64,000 nucleotides of DNA from Alphaproteobacteria bacterium (GTDB taxonomy: Bacteria > Pseudomonadota > Alphaproteobacteria > UBA7887): assembly GCA_965216755.1 (NCBI GenBank), contig CBDCGL010000011.1:1408001-1472000 (forward strand). The letters are read 5' to 3'. Each line of letters starts with the position of its first letter. Position 1 is the first letter of the stretch. Below are positions 1 to 9,950 of the stretch, in pieces. The position numbers were made by a program, and so were the translations under genes. Under the pieces are notes generated by a model. The model was not told the origin of the DNA, made no database searches, and saw nothing but the letters and a program-made list of their open reading frames with translations.

Positions 1-8
1 CGCAATCA

Positions 9-440
9 TTGTCGTCTTCCATGATGATCGAAAATCAGCACGCGACGTTCGGCGCTATTGCTTTTGGCGCTGTTGGATGGGCCATATGTGGCGCCTCGAT
101 CGCAATTGGATTTGCCGTGACGAGTGAGTTCGGCGCGTTGGTGCTTCATGCGATCGCCGCACCGGTCATCTTCGCGGCCCTGTCATGGCTATACTTCCGG
201 CGTTTCGCATACGTCGCGCCGCTGCGCCCAGCAGTGCTGTTCGTGGCGGTGGCCATTTCATTGGATGTCGTCATCGTCGCCTTGTTGGTCGAGCGAAGTT
301 TCGAGATGTTTGAATCCATATTGGGCATGTGGCTGCCGTTTGGATTGATTTTCGCGGCAAGCTGGGCCACGGGGTGGTTGGTGAGGAAACACGCGTCCGC
401 ACCCGACACCGGGCACCAACCTGATCGATTCAATCACTAA
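9..440 (+). CDS. hypothetical integral membrane protein (about 4 TM helices)
   Basis: 143-aa ORF made almost entirely of hydrophobic segments; start uncertain (ATGs at 21/24). Confidence 0.6.
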   Translation: MSSSMMIENQHATFGAIAFGAVGWAICGASIAIGFAVTSEFGALVLHAIAAPVIFAALSWLYFRRFAYVAPLRPAVLFVAVAISLDVVIVALLVERSFEMFESILGMWLPFGLIFAASWATGWLVRKHASAPDTGHQPDRFNH

Positions 441-598
441 TTTATTGGTCCCTGAGTCGTTAGCGATCGCTGAGGGCGTAGGCCGGCCAAAGGGCGTAGA
501 ACACGTGCCACACAAGGCGTTCGAGCGCCGTGCCACCGTCACGACCTCAACGGGAGTATCATGGCCGTCACTTTTGTGCGCGAAGGGAGTTCCGCAGG

Positions 599-1480
599 AT
601 GTCCAGCAAAGTCGACATGATCGGGTTCATTGGCTTGGGCGTGATGGGCGAAGCCATGTGCCACAACCTCATCACGAAGGGCCACTGGCCGGTGACCGCG
701 TATGACATAGACCCGCAACCGCTTGTCCGGATCGCATGGGCGGGCGGCGAAGCGGCATCATCAGCAGGCAGTGTTGTTGATCGCGCCGACCTCGTCATCA
801 TGTGTCTCCCTGGCGGCGAGCAAGTTCGCGCCCTGATGCTCGGCCCAAATGGGATGATCGCCCGTGTCCGCGCCGGTCAATACGTTGTCGACATGTCGAC
901 CTCACCGCCGAACCTGATGCAAGAAATGGAAACCGCGACCGCTGAGCGCGGCGCTTATTTCGCCGATGCACCGATCGCGCGTACGCGCCAAGCAGCGAAA
1001 AATGGCACATTGGCCATCATGGTCGGCGCAAGCGCGGATGTGTTCGCCGTCATCCGCCCCATCCTAGCGGTGATGGGAAGCGACATTCTCCATTGCGGCG
1101 CGCCCGGCGCCGGTCAGGTCGTCAAAATCATGAACAACATGGTGCTGTTCCAGACCGTCGCCGCGCTCGCCGAGGCTATTTCCCTGGCCGAACGCGCGGG
1201 CGTAGACGCGCAAGTCTTGTTGGACACTATGTCGAAGGGCTCCGGCGACAGTTTCGCACTCCGGAATCATGCTATGAAATGTCTGTTGCCGGAAACCTAT
1301 CCTGACAAGGCGTTTTCGGTGAAATATGCGGCAAAGGATCTGTCCTACGCATTGCAAATGGCGCAGAAGCTCGCCGTACATACGCCCGGCGCGCAACATG
1401 TCGCCGCGCTTTTTGAACAAGCTATCAAAGCCGGCGACGGTGATCTCTACTTCCCAGTCATCCGCAAGCAGTTAGCTTGA
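599..1480 (+). CDS. NAD(P)-dependent 3-hydroxyisobutyrate dehydrogenase / tartronate semialdehyde reductase family protein
   Basis: IGFIGLGVMG Rossmann motif, DAPI substrate motif, GAGQVVKIMNN catalytic Lys, KDL motif; GAAGGGAG RBS upstream of ATG 599. Confidence 0.9.
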   Translation: MSSKVDMIGFIGLGVMGEAMCHNLITKGHWPVTAYDIDPQPLVRIAWAGGEAASSAGSVVDRADLVIMCLPGGEQVRALMLGPNGMIARVRAGQYVVDMSTSPPNLMQEMETATAERGAYFADAPIARTRQAAKNGTLAIMVGASADVFAVIRPILAVMGSDILHCGAPGAGQVVKIMNNMVLFQTVAALAEAISLAERAGVDAQVLLDTMSKGSGDSFALRNHAMKCLLPETYPDKAFSVKYAAKDLSYALQMAQKLAVHTPGAQHVAALFEQAIKAGDGDLYFPVIRKQLA

Positions 1481-1537
1481 AAACGAGCACACACTACACT
1501 CACACCCTTTGGCACACAGTTGGACACGGCCAATTGG

Positions 1538-2161
1538 TCACCGTGCGCGGGCCAGCCAAACCGTACGACCGCCTGCCGTCGTATCCTCGGCGACATAGGT
1601 CGACACATCAAAGCCGGTGTGGTTTAGAAGCGCCTCATATTCCACCGGATCAAGGCTTGCGTGATACAACGGCGCGCCGTGAAAACAACCGATCGCTTCA
1701 CCGTGGGCCGGTCCGCTTGTAAACATGAGCGGCGCACCTGCCCCAGCGTGGGCGCCAAACACGGCAAACATGCTGCGTTGGTCATCATGGGTCAGGTGAA
1801 AGAAACTGTCCCACGCCAAAATGCCGTCAAAACGCATGTCGAGATGTAGCCCACGCATGTCGGCGACATGCCATTCGTGGTTGGGAAACCGCGTCCGACA
1901 TTGCGAAATCATCGTCGGTGCCACGTCAACCCCCGTGACCCGATGCCCGCACGTTGCCAAGTATTGCGCGATAGGACGTCCCGAACCGCAGCCTAAGTCA
2001 AGAACCCGGGCAGCCGCGGGCAACATGACAACGAAGCGCGCGAACCAATGCTGTTCGGCCCAACCGCCGGCGTTCCGCTCCCGATCCCACGCGTGCGCCC
2101 CGCGTTCATAGAGCCCGCCGACCAAGTCTGCATCGACACGCGATGATTCAGATGCTCCCAC
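1538..2161 (-). CDS. class I SAM-dependent methyltransferase
   Basis: VLDLGCGSG motif I, GVD motif II, FDGILAWDSFFHL. Confidence 0.88.
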   Translation of the reverse strand: MGASESSRVDADLVGGLYERGAHAWDRERNAGGWAEQHWFARFVVMLPAAARVLDLGCGSGRPIAQYLATCGHRVTGVDVAPTMISQCRTRFPNHEWHVADMRGLHLDMRFDGILAWDSFFHLTHDDQRSMFAVFGAHAGAGAPLMFTSGPAHGEAIGCFHGAPLYHASLDPVEYEALLNHTGFDVSTYVAEDTTAGGRTVWLARAR

Positions 2162-2303
2162 GGCTAGACCACCCCGCGCAGCCGCGCAGCTGATTCACGT
2201 CCCGCTCCACAACTGCCGATTGTATGTGACATTCCGATCTCCAGTTCCTATCATATCGAGAAATATCGTTAGTATTTCTGCCTAACATTGTGGATTCGTG
2301 GAA

Positions 2304-4571
2304 ATGGCGTTCGGCCGCTTTTTGGAACAATTGAGTTGTTTCTGGGATGTATTTCAAGACATTGGCCGTGTCTGCAAGTATACGCGGTTGTCCCTATTGG
2401 TCACCCTAACCGCCGGATTTGTGCTCATATTTGTCGATCAAGGGCAGGATCTAATTTTCATTCATGCCGAAACGCCTGGATCGCTGTCGGTGTTTTACCT
2501 CGCGATCGTGTTCTGGGCATTGAATGCGTGGTATTGGGCTCGCTCAACTTTGGCGTACGGCGCCAGAATTGACACCACCGAGTCCTGCCAGGACCCTTAT
2601 TTCGGCGGCCGCCGACGACGCGTGAAGTGGCTGATCCGCATTGTGCCGCGGCTGATAGGTGTCGGCGCCTTTGTCATGATCGCAATCGCCCAGTTTCGGG
2701 CGGCATTGCGTCTCGGCATTGATCTTCACGAAGGGCAGTTATTGTTGGCCTTGGCCGCAGGCAGCCTCGTACTCGCCTACGTATTTTACTATTTTACCGC
2801 GGTGCGACGCAAACTGTCGCAAGCGCTCGGTCGCAAAGTCGCAGCCGCGACAAATCGATCCGATGGCCCCGAGTGGTTGATGATACCGAACGCTCCCGCC
2901 TATCAAAAAGCGCGAACCCTACGCGAAGTGCCGGCGGTTGTTCGCAGCAGCTTCATTGTTCTAACCGCAATTCTGTTTGCCCTCTTCATTGTCGTGTGCG
3001 CGGCGCCAGCGGCTGTATCCGTTTTTGGGCCCGACGCGGTCTTCCTCTTCGGCGCGAGTCTCTGGATCGCGCCCGGAACGTGGCTCCTTTTTGTTGCGCG
3101 GCGTGGTGATTTTCCAGTGCTGACCGTTCTTCTTGTATTGGCGCTCGGCTTTAGTCTCGTGAATGATAATCACAATGTGCGTGAGATAGACGACGATCAG
3201 CAGCCAATTCCGCAGCACCGTATCAATCCCCGAATGGCTCTGAACACGTGGTATGCCGAGAGGACAGACCAAAAAGTCGGTTCATCGTATTTGATCATGG
3301 TCGCGGCAGCGGGCGGCGGCAGCCGAGCTGCGTACTGGACGGCCAGCGTTCTCAGCACAATCCAGGACTTGCATCCCACCTTCGACAGCCACCTTTTCGG
3401 CATCAGCGGTGTATCGGGCGGGTCGCTCGGTGCTGCGGTCTATCGGGGGCTGCTGACCACACTGCGGCGGGGAGAGACACATTGTGCTCAAGCCAGCGCA
3501 AATGCATCGTATCCGTATCGAGATTGCGCGCGCACGGTTCTGCAGCGCGATTTCCTGGCACCCACGCTGGCGGCCATGCTCTTCCCGGACTTGGTTCAGC
3601 GTTTCTTGCCGGTCGCCCTACTGCCCGATCGAGCGGAGGCACTGGAACGATCGTGGGAAGCCGCTTGGCAGCATGCCATGGGCCGGGATGACGTCGACAA
3701 TCTTATTGCCGACAACTTCCTCGAGTTATGGCCAAATGCCACGACCGACGACCGGCAACAGACAAGCCTGCCCGCGCTGTTTCTAAATGGCACCTCTGTC
3801 GCCACCGGCAAGCGCATCGTGACAAGCAATCTGAATGTTTCGCAAATCTTGACAGATGGCTTCGACTTTTTCGATCGGTGGCCGAAGTCCATTCGCACGA
3901 GTACCGCCGCCAACAACAGTGCGCGTTTTCCCGTCATCGGTCCAGGCGGAACGCTTACCACGGACAGCCCGAACGGCCCCAAGGACCGCATCGTCGATGG
4001 CGGCTATTTCGAAAATTTCGGTGCGGCAACGGCGCTTGACATATTACGAGACCTTGCCGCCACACCCCGACCGCAGAGCGCATCGTCGGCTCTGGGTAAC
4101 ACGGTGGGTAGTCACAAATTTATTGTCATTCAAATAAGCAGCGATCCAGACTACCGTGGCGTGCTTCGCAATGATGCAAAATCTTTGGTTGACAATTGTC
4201 CGGCTAAGAAATCAGATCAAGCCACGCCGGGGCGATTTGCCACGGAACTGTTTGCACCAATGCAAACGCTTCTCAACACGCGCACGGCTCGCGGCATTTT
4301 GGCCGCCCAATCGCTTCACGACTGGGTCGAAGGTCGCCCGGAAAACAGTGCCCACTTTATCGAATTTAGACTCGACATACCGCCTTCGCAAAGTGAGCCC
4401 CCGTTGGGTTGGGTTCTCTCACAAGTTGCCATGCAATCGATCGACTGCCAACTGGCGCGCCCGTCAAATTGGCGGAACCTCGAAACGCTTGGTCAGCTTC
4501 TCGGCTTTGATCCGGACCCGTTGCGCGATTATCTGAAGACGACTGCAGGGTGCGGCTGCGCGGCGCAATAA
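2304..4571 (+). CDS. membrane-anchored patatin-like phospholipase
   Basis: N-terminal multi-TM region; AAGGGSRAA oxyanion hole, GVSGG nucleophile motif, DGGYFEN catalytic Asp. Confidence 0.75.
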   Translation: MAFGRFLEQLSCFWDVFQDIGRVCKYTRLSLLVTLTAGFVLIFVDQGQDLIFIHAETPGSLSVFYLAIVFWALNAWYWARSTLAYGARIDTTESCQDPYFGGRRRRVKWLIRIVPRLIGVGAFVMIAIAQFRAALRLGIDLHEGQLLLALAAGSLVLAYVFYYFTAVRRKLSQALGRKVAAATNRSDGPEWLMIPNAPAYQKARTLREVPAVVRSSFIVLTAILFALFIVVCAAPAAVSVFGPDAVFLFGASLWIAPGTWLLFVARRGDFPVLTVLLVLALGFSLVNDNHNVREIDDDQQPIPQHRINPRMALNTWYAERTDQKVGSSYLIMVAAAGGGSRAAYWTASVLSTIQDLHPTFDSHLFGISGVSGGSLGAAVYRGLLTTLRRGETHCAQASANASYPYRDCARTVLQRDFLAPTLAAMLFPDLVQRFLPVALLPDRAEALERSWEAAWQHAMGRDDVDNLIADNFLELWPNATTDDRQQTSLPALFLNGTSVATGKRIVTSNLNVSQILTDGFDFFDRWPKSIRTSTAANNSARFPVIGPGGTLTTDSPNGPKDRIVDGGYFENFGAATALDILRDLAATPRPQSASSALGNTVGSHKFIVIQISSDPDYRGVLRNDAKSLVDNCPAKKSDQATPGRFATELFAPMQTLLNTRTARGILAAQSLHDWVEGRPENSAHFIEFRLDIPPSQSEPPLGWVLSQVAMQSIDCQLARPSNWRNLETLGQLLGFDPDPLRDYLKTTAGCGCAAQ

Positions 4572-4600
4572 TGCGACCACCGCGCGCGTCCCGCGATCAA

Positions 4601-6886
4601 TCACACATCCTTCGCAGCGTCCAGCGCAGCGAGAACGCGCGGGGGCGACATTGGCAGGTCGGTAAAGCGCACGCCGGTCGCGTCTTGAACCGCGTTGGCG
4701 ACGGCTGCCATCACCGGTACGATATTCGCCTCCCCGACGCCCTTCACGCCATAGGGATGGTCCGGGTTTGGTACTTCCACGACCACGGTGTCGATCATCG
4801 GCAGATCGGACGCCAACGGGATCCGATAATCCAGGAATCCCGCATTCTCCATGCGGCCTGCGCTGTCATAAACATATTCCTCGTTAAGTGCCCAACCGAT
4901 GCCCTGAACAACACCGCCCTGCATCTGACCCTCTACATAGTCCGGATGCACGGCGCGGCCGGCGTCTTGTGCGACCGTCGCGCGCAGAATTGTCACACGA
5001 CCGGTATCCGGATCGACTTCAACATCGCAGACAACCGTCGAAACACCGGGCCCAACACCGGAAGCATTCACCGCGCCGCCGGCGCCAATCGGCCCGCCGG
5101 TTTGCGCCCTTGCCGCGGCGATCTCAGCCAACGAGAGCGGTTCATAGTCACCCACATTCGTGCTTGATGGTTTGGCGTAACCGTTTTCCCACGTGACGCC
5201 TTCGGGGTCGACGCCCCACATCTTCGCGGCCCGTTCGCACAATTGGCCGATGACGCTGTTGGCGGCGTTGACCACCGCCTGCCCCGTCGCCAGCGTCACA
5301 CGGCTACCGCCAGTGACGAAAGTGAATCCCACCGACGCTGTATCGGCGACGACGACTTTGACCTTTTCATAGTCGATGCCCAACGTCTCAGCAGCCATGA
5401 TCGCCATGGAAGCCCGCGACCCCCCAACGTCGGGGCTACCCGTCGCGACAACGGCTGTGCCGTCTTCGTTGATATGCAAAGTCGCGGAAGATTCGCCGCC
5501 AGCATTGAACCAAAAACCCGATGCAACGCCCCGCCCCTGGTTCGGACCCAGCGGCGCTTGGTAGTGCGGATGTTCAAGCAAAGCCTCGACCGTCTCTGCA
5601 TAACCTATACTAGAGAACGTCGTTCCGAACACGGTCCCGCTGCCATTGCGTGCCGCGTTCTTGGCGCGAAACCGCAACGGATCCATGCCGAGCTTCCGAG
5701 CCATGGCATCCATCGTGCTCTCGACCGCAAATGCCGCGATCGGTGAGCCGGGTGCGCGATAAGCCGCAGCTTTCGGTCGGTTGACGACAACGTCATAACC
5801 AGTCGTTCTGACATTAGGCAGGTCATAGCGGGAGAACGCGCACATGCAGCCATTGACGACCGGTGACCCGGGAAACGCACCGGCCTGAAACATGAACGTA
5901 CCATCGGCGGCAGTGATCGTGCCGTCGCGCTTGGCGCCAATCTTGACTTTCATGGCACTGCCCGAGGTCGGCCCCGACGCCTTGAATACATCCTCACGCG
6001 TCATGACCATTTTCACAGCGTGACCAGACTGCCGCGCCAAGGCGAGCGCCAACGGTTCCAGATAAACAACCGTCTTGCCACCGAACGCGCCACCCAGTTC
6101 CGACGGGATTACGGTCACATCCGACAAGCTCAGGCCCAGCATCGTCGAGGTCATGGCACGAACCGCGAATTGCCCTTGCGTCGATGACCAGATCTCACCT
6201 TTACCGTCTTGGCCAAAACGGGCCACGCAGGCGTGCGGTTCGATATAGCCTTGATGCACCGGCTTGGTCGTGAATTCCATTTCGACGACTTGGTCGGCGT
6301 CCGCAAAACCCGCATCGACATCGCCCAGCGCAAGTTCTCGGATTTTTGCGACATTTGACGGTCGTGTTGGGGGATTGTCGGTACCGCGCGTTATCATGTC
6401 CTCAAAAAGCAACGGCGCGTCGGGCCGCATTGCCTCTTGCACGTCAATGACGTGCGGTAGCACTTCATAGTCGACATCGATTAAAGCCAACGCACGCTTC
6501 GCAATTGTTGTCGACGTCGCCGCAACTGCGGCGATCGCGTGGCCCTCGTAAAGAGCTTTTTCGCGCGCAATGATATTGCGGGTCATATGCGCCATGTTGC
6601 GTTCGAGCCGATCGGGGCCGCTATATTTCGACGGCAGATCCGGAAAATCAGCGGCCGTTACAATCGCTTTCACGCCGGCCAAAGCAGCCGCTTTGGCGGT
6701 GTTGATCGCACGAATGCGCGCATGGGCGTGCGGGCTGCGCAAGACATAGCCCACCAACATGCCGGGCAGCGAGAAGTCGGCCCCATATCGGGCCAGGCCA
6801 GTGACTTTTTCCACCCCATCCGGCCGGACGGGGCGCGTGCCCACCCATTTGAATTTCTTATTGGCATCCGCAGTCTTCGTGGCCAA
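4601..6886 (-). CDS. xanthine dehydrogenase family molybdopterin-binding large subunit
   Basis: KVTG, RSPHAHARI, GGAFGGK, AYRAPG, GQMQGG, KGVGE motifs; GAGGAGG RBS before TTG at 6886. Confidence 0.92.
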   Translation of the reverse strand: MATKTADANKKFKWVGTRPVRPDGVEKVTGLARYGADFSLPGMLVGYVLRSPHAHARIRAINTAKAAALAGVKAIVTAADFPDLPSKYSGPDRLERNMAHMTRNIIAREKALYEGHAIAAVAATSTTIAKRALALIDVDYEVLPHVIDVQEAMRPDAPLLFEDMITRGTDNPPTRPSNVAKIRELALGDVDAGFADADQVVEMEFTTKPVHQGYIEPHACVARFGQDGKGEIWSSTQGQFAVRAMTSTMLGLSLSDVTVIPSELGGAFGGKTVVYLEPLALALARQSGHAVKMVMTREDVFKASGPTSGSAMKVKIGAKRDGTITAADGTFMFQAGAFPGSPVVNGCMCAFSRYDLPNVRTTGYDVVVNRPKAAAYRAPGSPIAAFAVESTMDAMARKLGMDPLRFRAKNAARNGSGTVFGTTFSSIGYAETVEALLEHPHYQAPLGPNQGRGVASGFWFNAGGESSATLHINEDGTAVVATGSPDVGGSRASMAIMAAETLGIDYEKVKVVVADTASVGFTFVTGGSRVTLATGQAVVNAANSVIGQLCERAAKMWGVDPEGVTWENGYAKPSSTNVGDYEPLSLAEIAAARAQTGGPIGAGGAVNASGVGPGVSTVVCDVEVDPDTGRVTILRATVAQDAGRAVHPDYVEGQMQGGVVQGIGWALNEEYVYDSAGRMENAGFLDYRIPLASDLPMIDTVVVEVPNPDHPYGVKGVGEANIVPVMAAVANAVQDATGVRFTDLPMSPPRVLAALDAAKDV

Positions 6887-6956
6887 TTCTTGCCTCCTCA
6901 AGTACAGTCGATTTCAAGCGCAGCGCGTAACGTATACGTGGCACACTGTCGATAAA

Positions 6957-7382
6957 TTAGCTGAGCATGCTTATCAGTTCAACAGTCACACCATCAGGGG
7001 CCGCAATGTATGCCACGTGAAGTCCGGGCAGGAACTCGTGCGGCTCGACCGAAAATGCTCCACCTTGGCGTCGGACATTGTCGCAATAGGATTTGAAATC
7101 ACCTGCCACGCGAAAGCCGAAATGATCGACGCCCCATTGATCGTGGCTGGCAAAATCGCCGAACGACCGCAAGTCGGCGTTTGGGATGGGGTTTTCGCCC
7201 GGTCGCCCTCCACGTATAACAATTGTCGCGCCGCCAAAGTCGACGCGAATTTGTGGCGCCCCACGAACTTCGTTGGTGTCGGCAACAACGCCGCCAAGGA
7301 CCCTCGCGTACCATGCGGCCGCAGCTTCCGGATCGGCACTGATGATATGGATATGATCGAACTCAAGCGACGCGTCATTCAT
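6957..7382 (-). CDS. VOC (glyoxalase/extradiol dioxygenase) family protein
   Basis: FDHIHI, GVDHFGF and APDGVTVEL metal-binding VOC pattern. Confidence 0.82.
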   Translation of the reverse strand: MNDASLEFDHIHIISADPEAAAAWYARVLGGVVADTNEVRGAPQIRVDFGGATIVIRGGRPGENPIPNADLRSFGDFASHDQWGVDHFGFRVAGDFKSYCDNVRRQGGAFSVEPHEFLPGLHVAYIAAPDGVTVELISMLS

Positions 7383-7459
7383 GTCACGACTTCCCTTGTC
7401 GGCGAACCCCAATATGTCGGGCGTGCGGCTGGTCCAAATAAAACCGTCCTTGGCTTGAA

Positions 7460-8227
7460 TCATACAATCGTGACGCCGCTGTCAACCGGCAAAATCTGTC
7501 CGGTCGTGACGGCAGACTCATCGGATGCCAGATAGAGCGCCATGTAGGCAATATGCTCGGGCGCGCACCACCCCAGCAAATGACGCGCCACCATCCGCTC
7601 GATGTTGGGCTCCCGCGCCGCCAACGCCGCGACACGGTCGGTCTTTGTCGCTGCCGGCGCGATCGCATTAACACGGATTTTGTGGGGCGCGTACTCAGCC
7701 GCCATGGATCGCGTCAAAGACGCAACCCCGCCTTTCGCGGCCGTGTAACAATCGCGACCGGGAAGCGCCATGAGTGCGACATTTGACGATGTGTTGATTA
7801 CCGAACCACCACCGGCCTTGATGATCTCAGGGATGGCGTAGCGGCTCATCAGAAACGTGCCAAACAAATCCAAGGTGATGACGCGCCAAAACTCTTCAAT
7901 GGGTGCCTCGGTTACTGGGCCGTCGTTCATCGTCGAGCCACCGGCATTGTTGTAGAGGACGTTGAGCTTGCCGTAGTGGCCGACACATTGGGCGACGGCC
8001 GCGCGCACGGACTTTTCATCCGTCACGTCAGTTTCGATGAATAGAGCATCGCCGCCGACTGTCTGTCCCGCGGCACGAGCTTGTTCTGCACAGACCCGGC
8101 CGTTCTCGACATCGACGTCAGCAATCACAACGTGGGCACCCTCGGTCGCGAAAATTGTCGCGGCGCTGCGTCCGATACCCGTTGCCGCGCCAGAGATCAA
8201 CGCAACCTTGCCCGCCAATCGCCCCAT
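7460..8227 (-). CDS. SDR family NAD-dependent oxidoreductase
   Basis: GAATGIG, NNAG, YTAAK, RVNAIAP; GGAGG RBS. Confidence 0.92.
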   Translation of the reverse strand: MGRLAGKVALISGAATGIGRSAATIFATEGAHVVIADVDVENGRVCAEQARAAGQTVGGDALFIETDVTDEKSVRAAVAQCVGHYGKLNVLYNNAGGSTMNDGPVTEAPIEEFWRVITLDLFGTFLMSRYAIPEIIKAGGGSVINTSSNVALMALPGRDCYTAAKGGVASLTRSMAAEYAPHKIRVNAIAPAATKTDRVAALAAREPNIERMVARHLLGWCAPEHIAYMALYLASDESAVTTGQILPVDSGVTIV

Positions 8228-8336
8228 TGCTGCCCCACCTCCATTTGTGTGGCCACTCGTTCTGATCGAATCTTGCCCGAATGCCAAACGATCGCATCTA
8301 CCGCCGCGCGCATAGTGATACGCCATCCCCGACGCG

Positions 8337-9950
8337 TTAGAACGCACCACCGGCCAGCTGGTCGGCGACAAAGTGACCCGCTCGCGCCGACAGCGCCATA
8401 ATCGTTAGGCCCGGGTTCTGAAACGGTGCGGTAGTGAACGACGCCGAATCCGTCACCAATACGTTCGGCGCATCCCAACATTGGTTGTGTTGGTTCAAGA
8501 CCGACGTGGCCGGGTCGTCGCCCATACAGGCGCCGCCACATTCGTGAATAGCAGACCCGGGCACCAAGGCCCCCTCCTCCGTGTAAACAAGCTTGGAGGC
8601 AAACTTATAGATGGCCCGACTGACAATGCCCTCATTCTCAAGGTGATCAACACGCAAGCCGCAGTCCATTGCAAGCCTGTCAAGCGAGCCCTTCATATCG
8701 CTCACCATGGCCTTTTCGTTGTCTGAATGGGCGCACGTAATCCGGGCGGCCGGGATACCATACGCGTCACGCTTGCTGTCATCCAGCGCAACATAGTTTT
8801 CGAAACGGGGCAACATCTCACCGATTGCCATGAAAAACCATCCCGGTTGGATTCTCCCAACTGAGCCCAACATTGAATAGCCACGCAAAAACCCCATTTG
8901 GTGCGGATCTGAGACATTGCGGAAACTTGGAATGTAGATGCCGGATTGGACGCCAAAGTCATACGGATCGGCGCGCGTGATCGGTTCTAGGGGCTGCAGG
9001 GGACCGGCCCTGAAGACCATGACATGATCCGTTAGGTAGCGCCCCAACAAACCAGCGCTGTTGCCGATGCCGTTGGGGTGTCGTACCGAGCGCGAGTTGA
9101 GCAAGATACGCAGCGACTCGATGGTCGATGCGCCCAAGATGACGGTGCGACCACGAACCTTGATCTGCTGCTTGGACTTGCGATCGACGTAACAAACACC
9201 AGTGGCCATGCCGGAGTCGTCGTCAACGGTTATTTGGCTGACCACGGCATCACTGCGAAGCGTAAGCTTGCCCGTCTCTTGGGCCGCGCGGATCGGCAAT
9301 GGCAACCGCTCAGGGTTATGCTTTACGATACGACATGTGGTGGCTGGACAGTCTGGCCACTTTTCCGCCAGATCATGCAGCAGCTTCCGTTCGGCAGAGG
9401 TAATTGGATAGGCGGATTCATACTTCCCGTCGGGAATACTTGGAATTCCGGCCGGGCTGCCAAGAACACCAAGGAATGTCTCGACCTTATCGTACCAGGG
9501 GTCCAGATCGTTGTAGCCGATTGGCCAATTCTGGCCGAAACCGTCTCGACTTGCCGGCTTGAGCTGATCGTCGGAAATCCGAATGGCGTTCCGCCCCCAA
9601 AGGTGCAATCGTCCACCGACTTGGCGCGCGCGATACCAGTTGAACGGCATGCCACGGGGTACCGTGTAGGGATTCTGTGAGTCTCTAATGAAAAAATGTT
9701 TTGTTTGTGGGCTAAATGACATGCAACGTGCCTGCACGTGCTGGCCGCCGAGCACGGCTTTGACGCGTGTCAATAACTGAATCTGAGAATGACCCGTGCT
9801 CTTTGAAGGAAAATCCGCCGCGAGGTCCAACTGACGGCCGGCTTCCAGAAGCAACGTTTTGAGTCCTCGCTCACAAAGCTCCTTGACCGCCCAGCCCCCT
9901 GCCGCGCCTGAACCGACGACGATCGCGTCATAGATTTGCTCGCCGTTCAT
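8337..9950 (-). CDS. GMC family flavin oxidoreductase (glycoside 3-dehydrogenase flavoprotein-like)
   Basis: VVGSGAAGG FAD motif, RQVGGR-x-HLWG, IHECGGACMG and NP C-terminal motifs; start overlaps upstream stop (ATGA). Confidence 0.88.
   Translation of the reverse strand: MNGEQIYDAIVVGSGAAGGWAVKELCERGLKTLLLEAGRQLDLAADFPSKSTGHSQIQLLTRVKAVLGGQHVQARCMSFSPQTKHFFIRDSQNPYTVPRGMPFNWYRARQVGGRLHLWGRNAIRISDDQLKPASRDGFGQNWPIGYNDLDPWYDKVETFLGVLGSPAGIPSIPDGKYESAYPITSAERKLLHDLAEKWPDCPATTCRIVKHNPERLPLPIRAAQETGKLTLRSDAVVSQITVDDDSGMATGVCYVDRKSKQQIKVRGRTVILGASTIESLRILLNSRSVRHPNGIGNSAGLLGRYLTDHVMVFRAGPLQPLEPITRADPYDFGVQSGIYIPSFRNVSDPHQMGFLRGYSMLGSVGRIQPGWFFMAIGEMLPRFENYVALDDSKRDAYGIPAARITCAHSDNEKAMVSDMKGSLDRLAMDCGLRVDHLENEGIVSRAIYKFASKLVYTEEGALVPGSAIHECGGACMGDDPATSVLNQHNQCWDAPNVLVTDSASFTTAPFQNPGLTIMALSARAGHFVADQLAGGAF

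Noticed and set aside
4601-6886. Aerobic CO dehydrogenase CoxL
   Set aside because: Active-site loop is AYRAPG, not AYxCSFR or AYxGAGR; no coxMS
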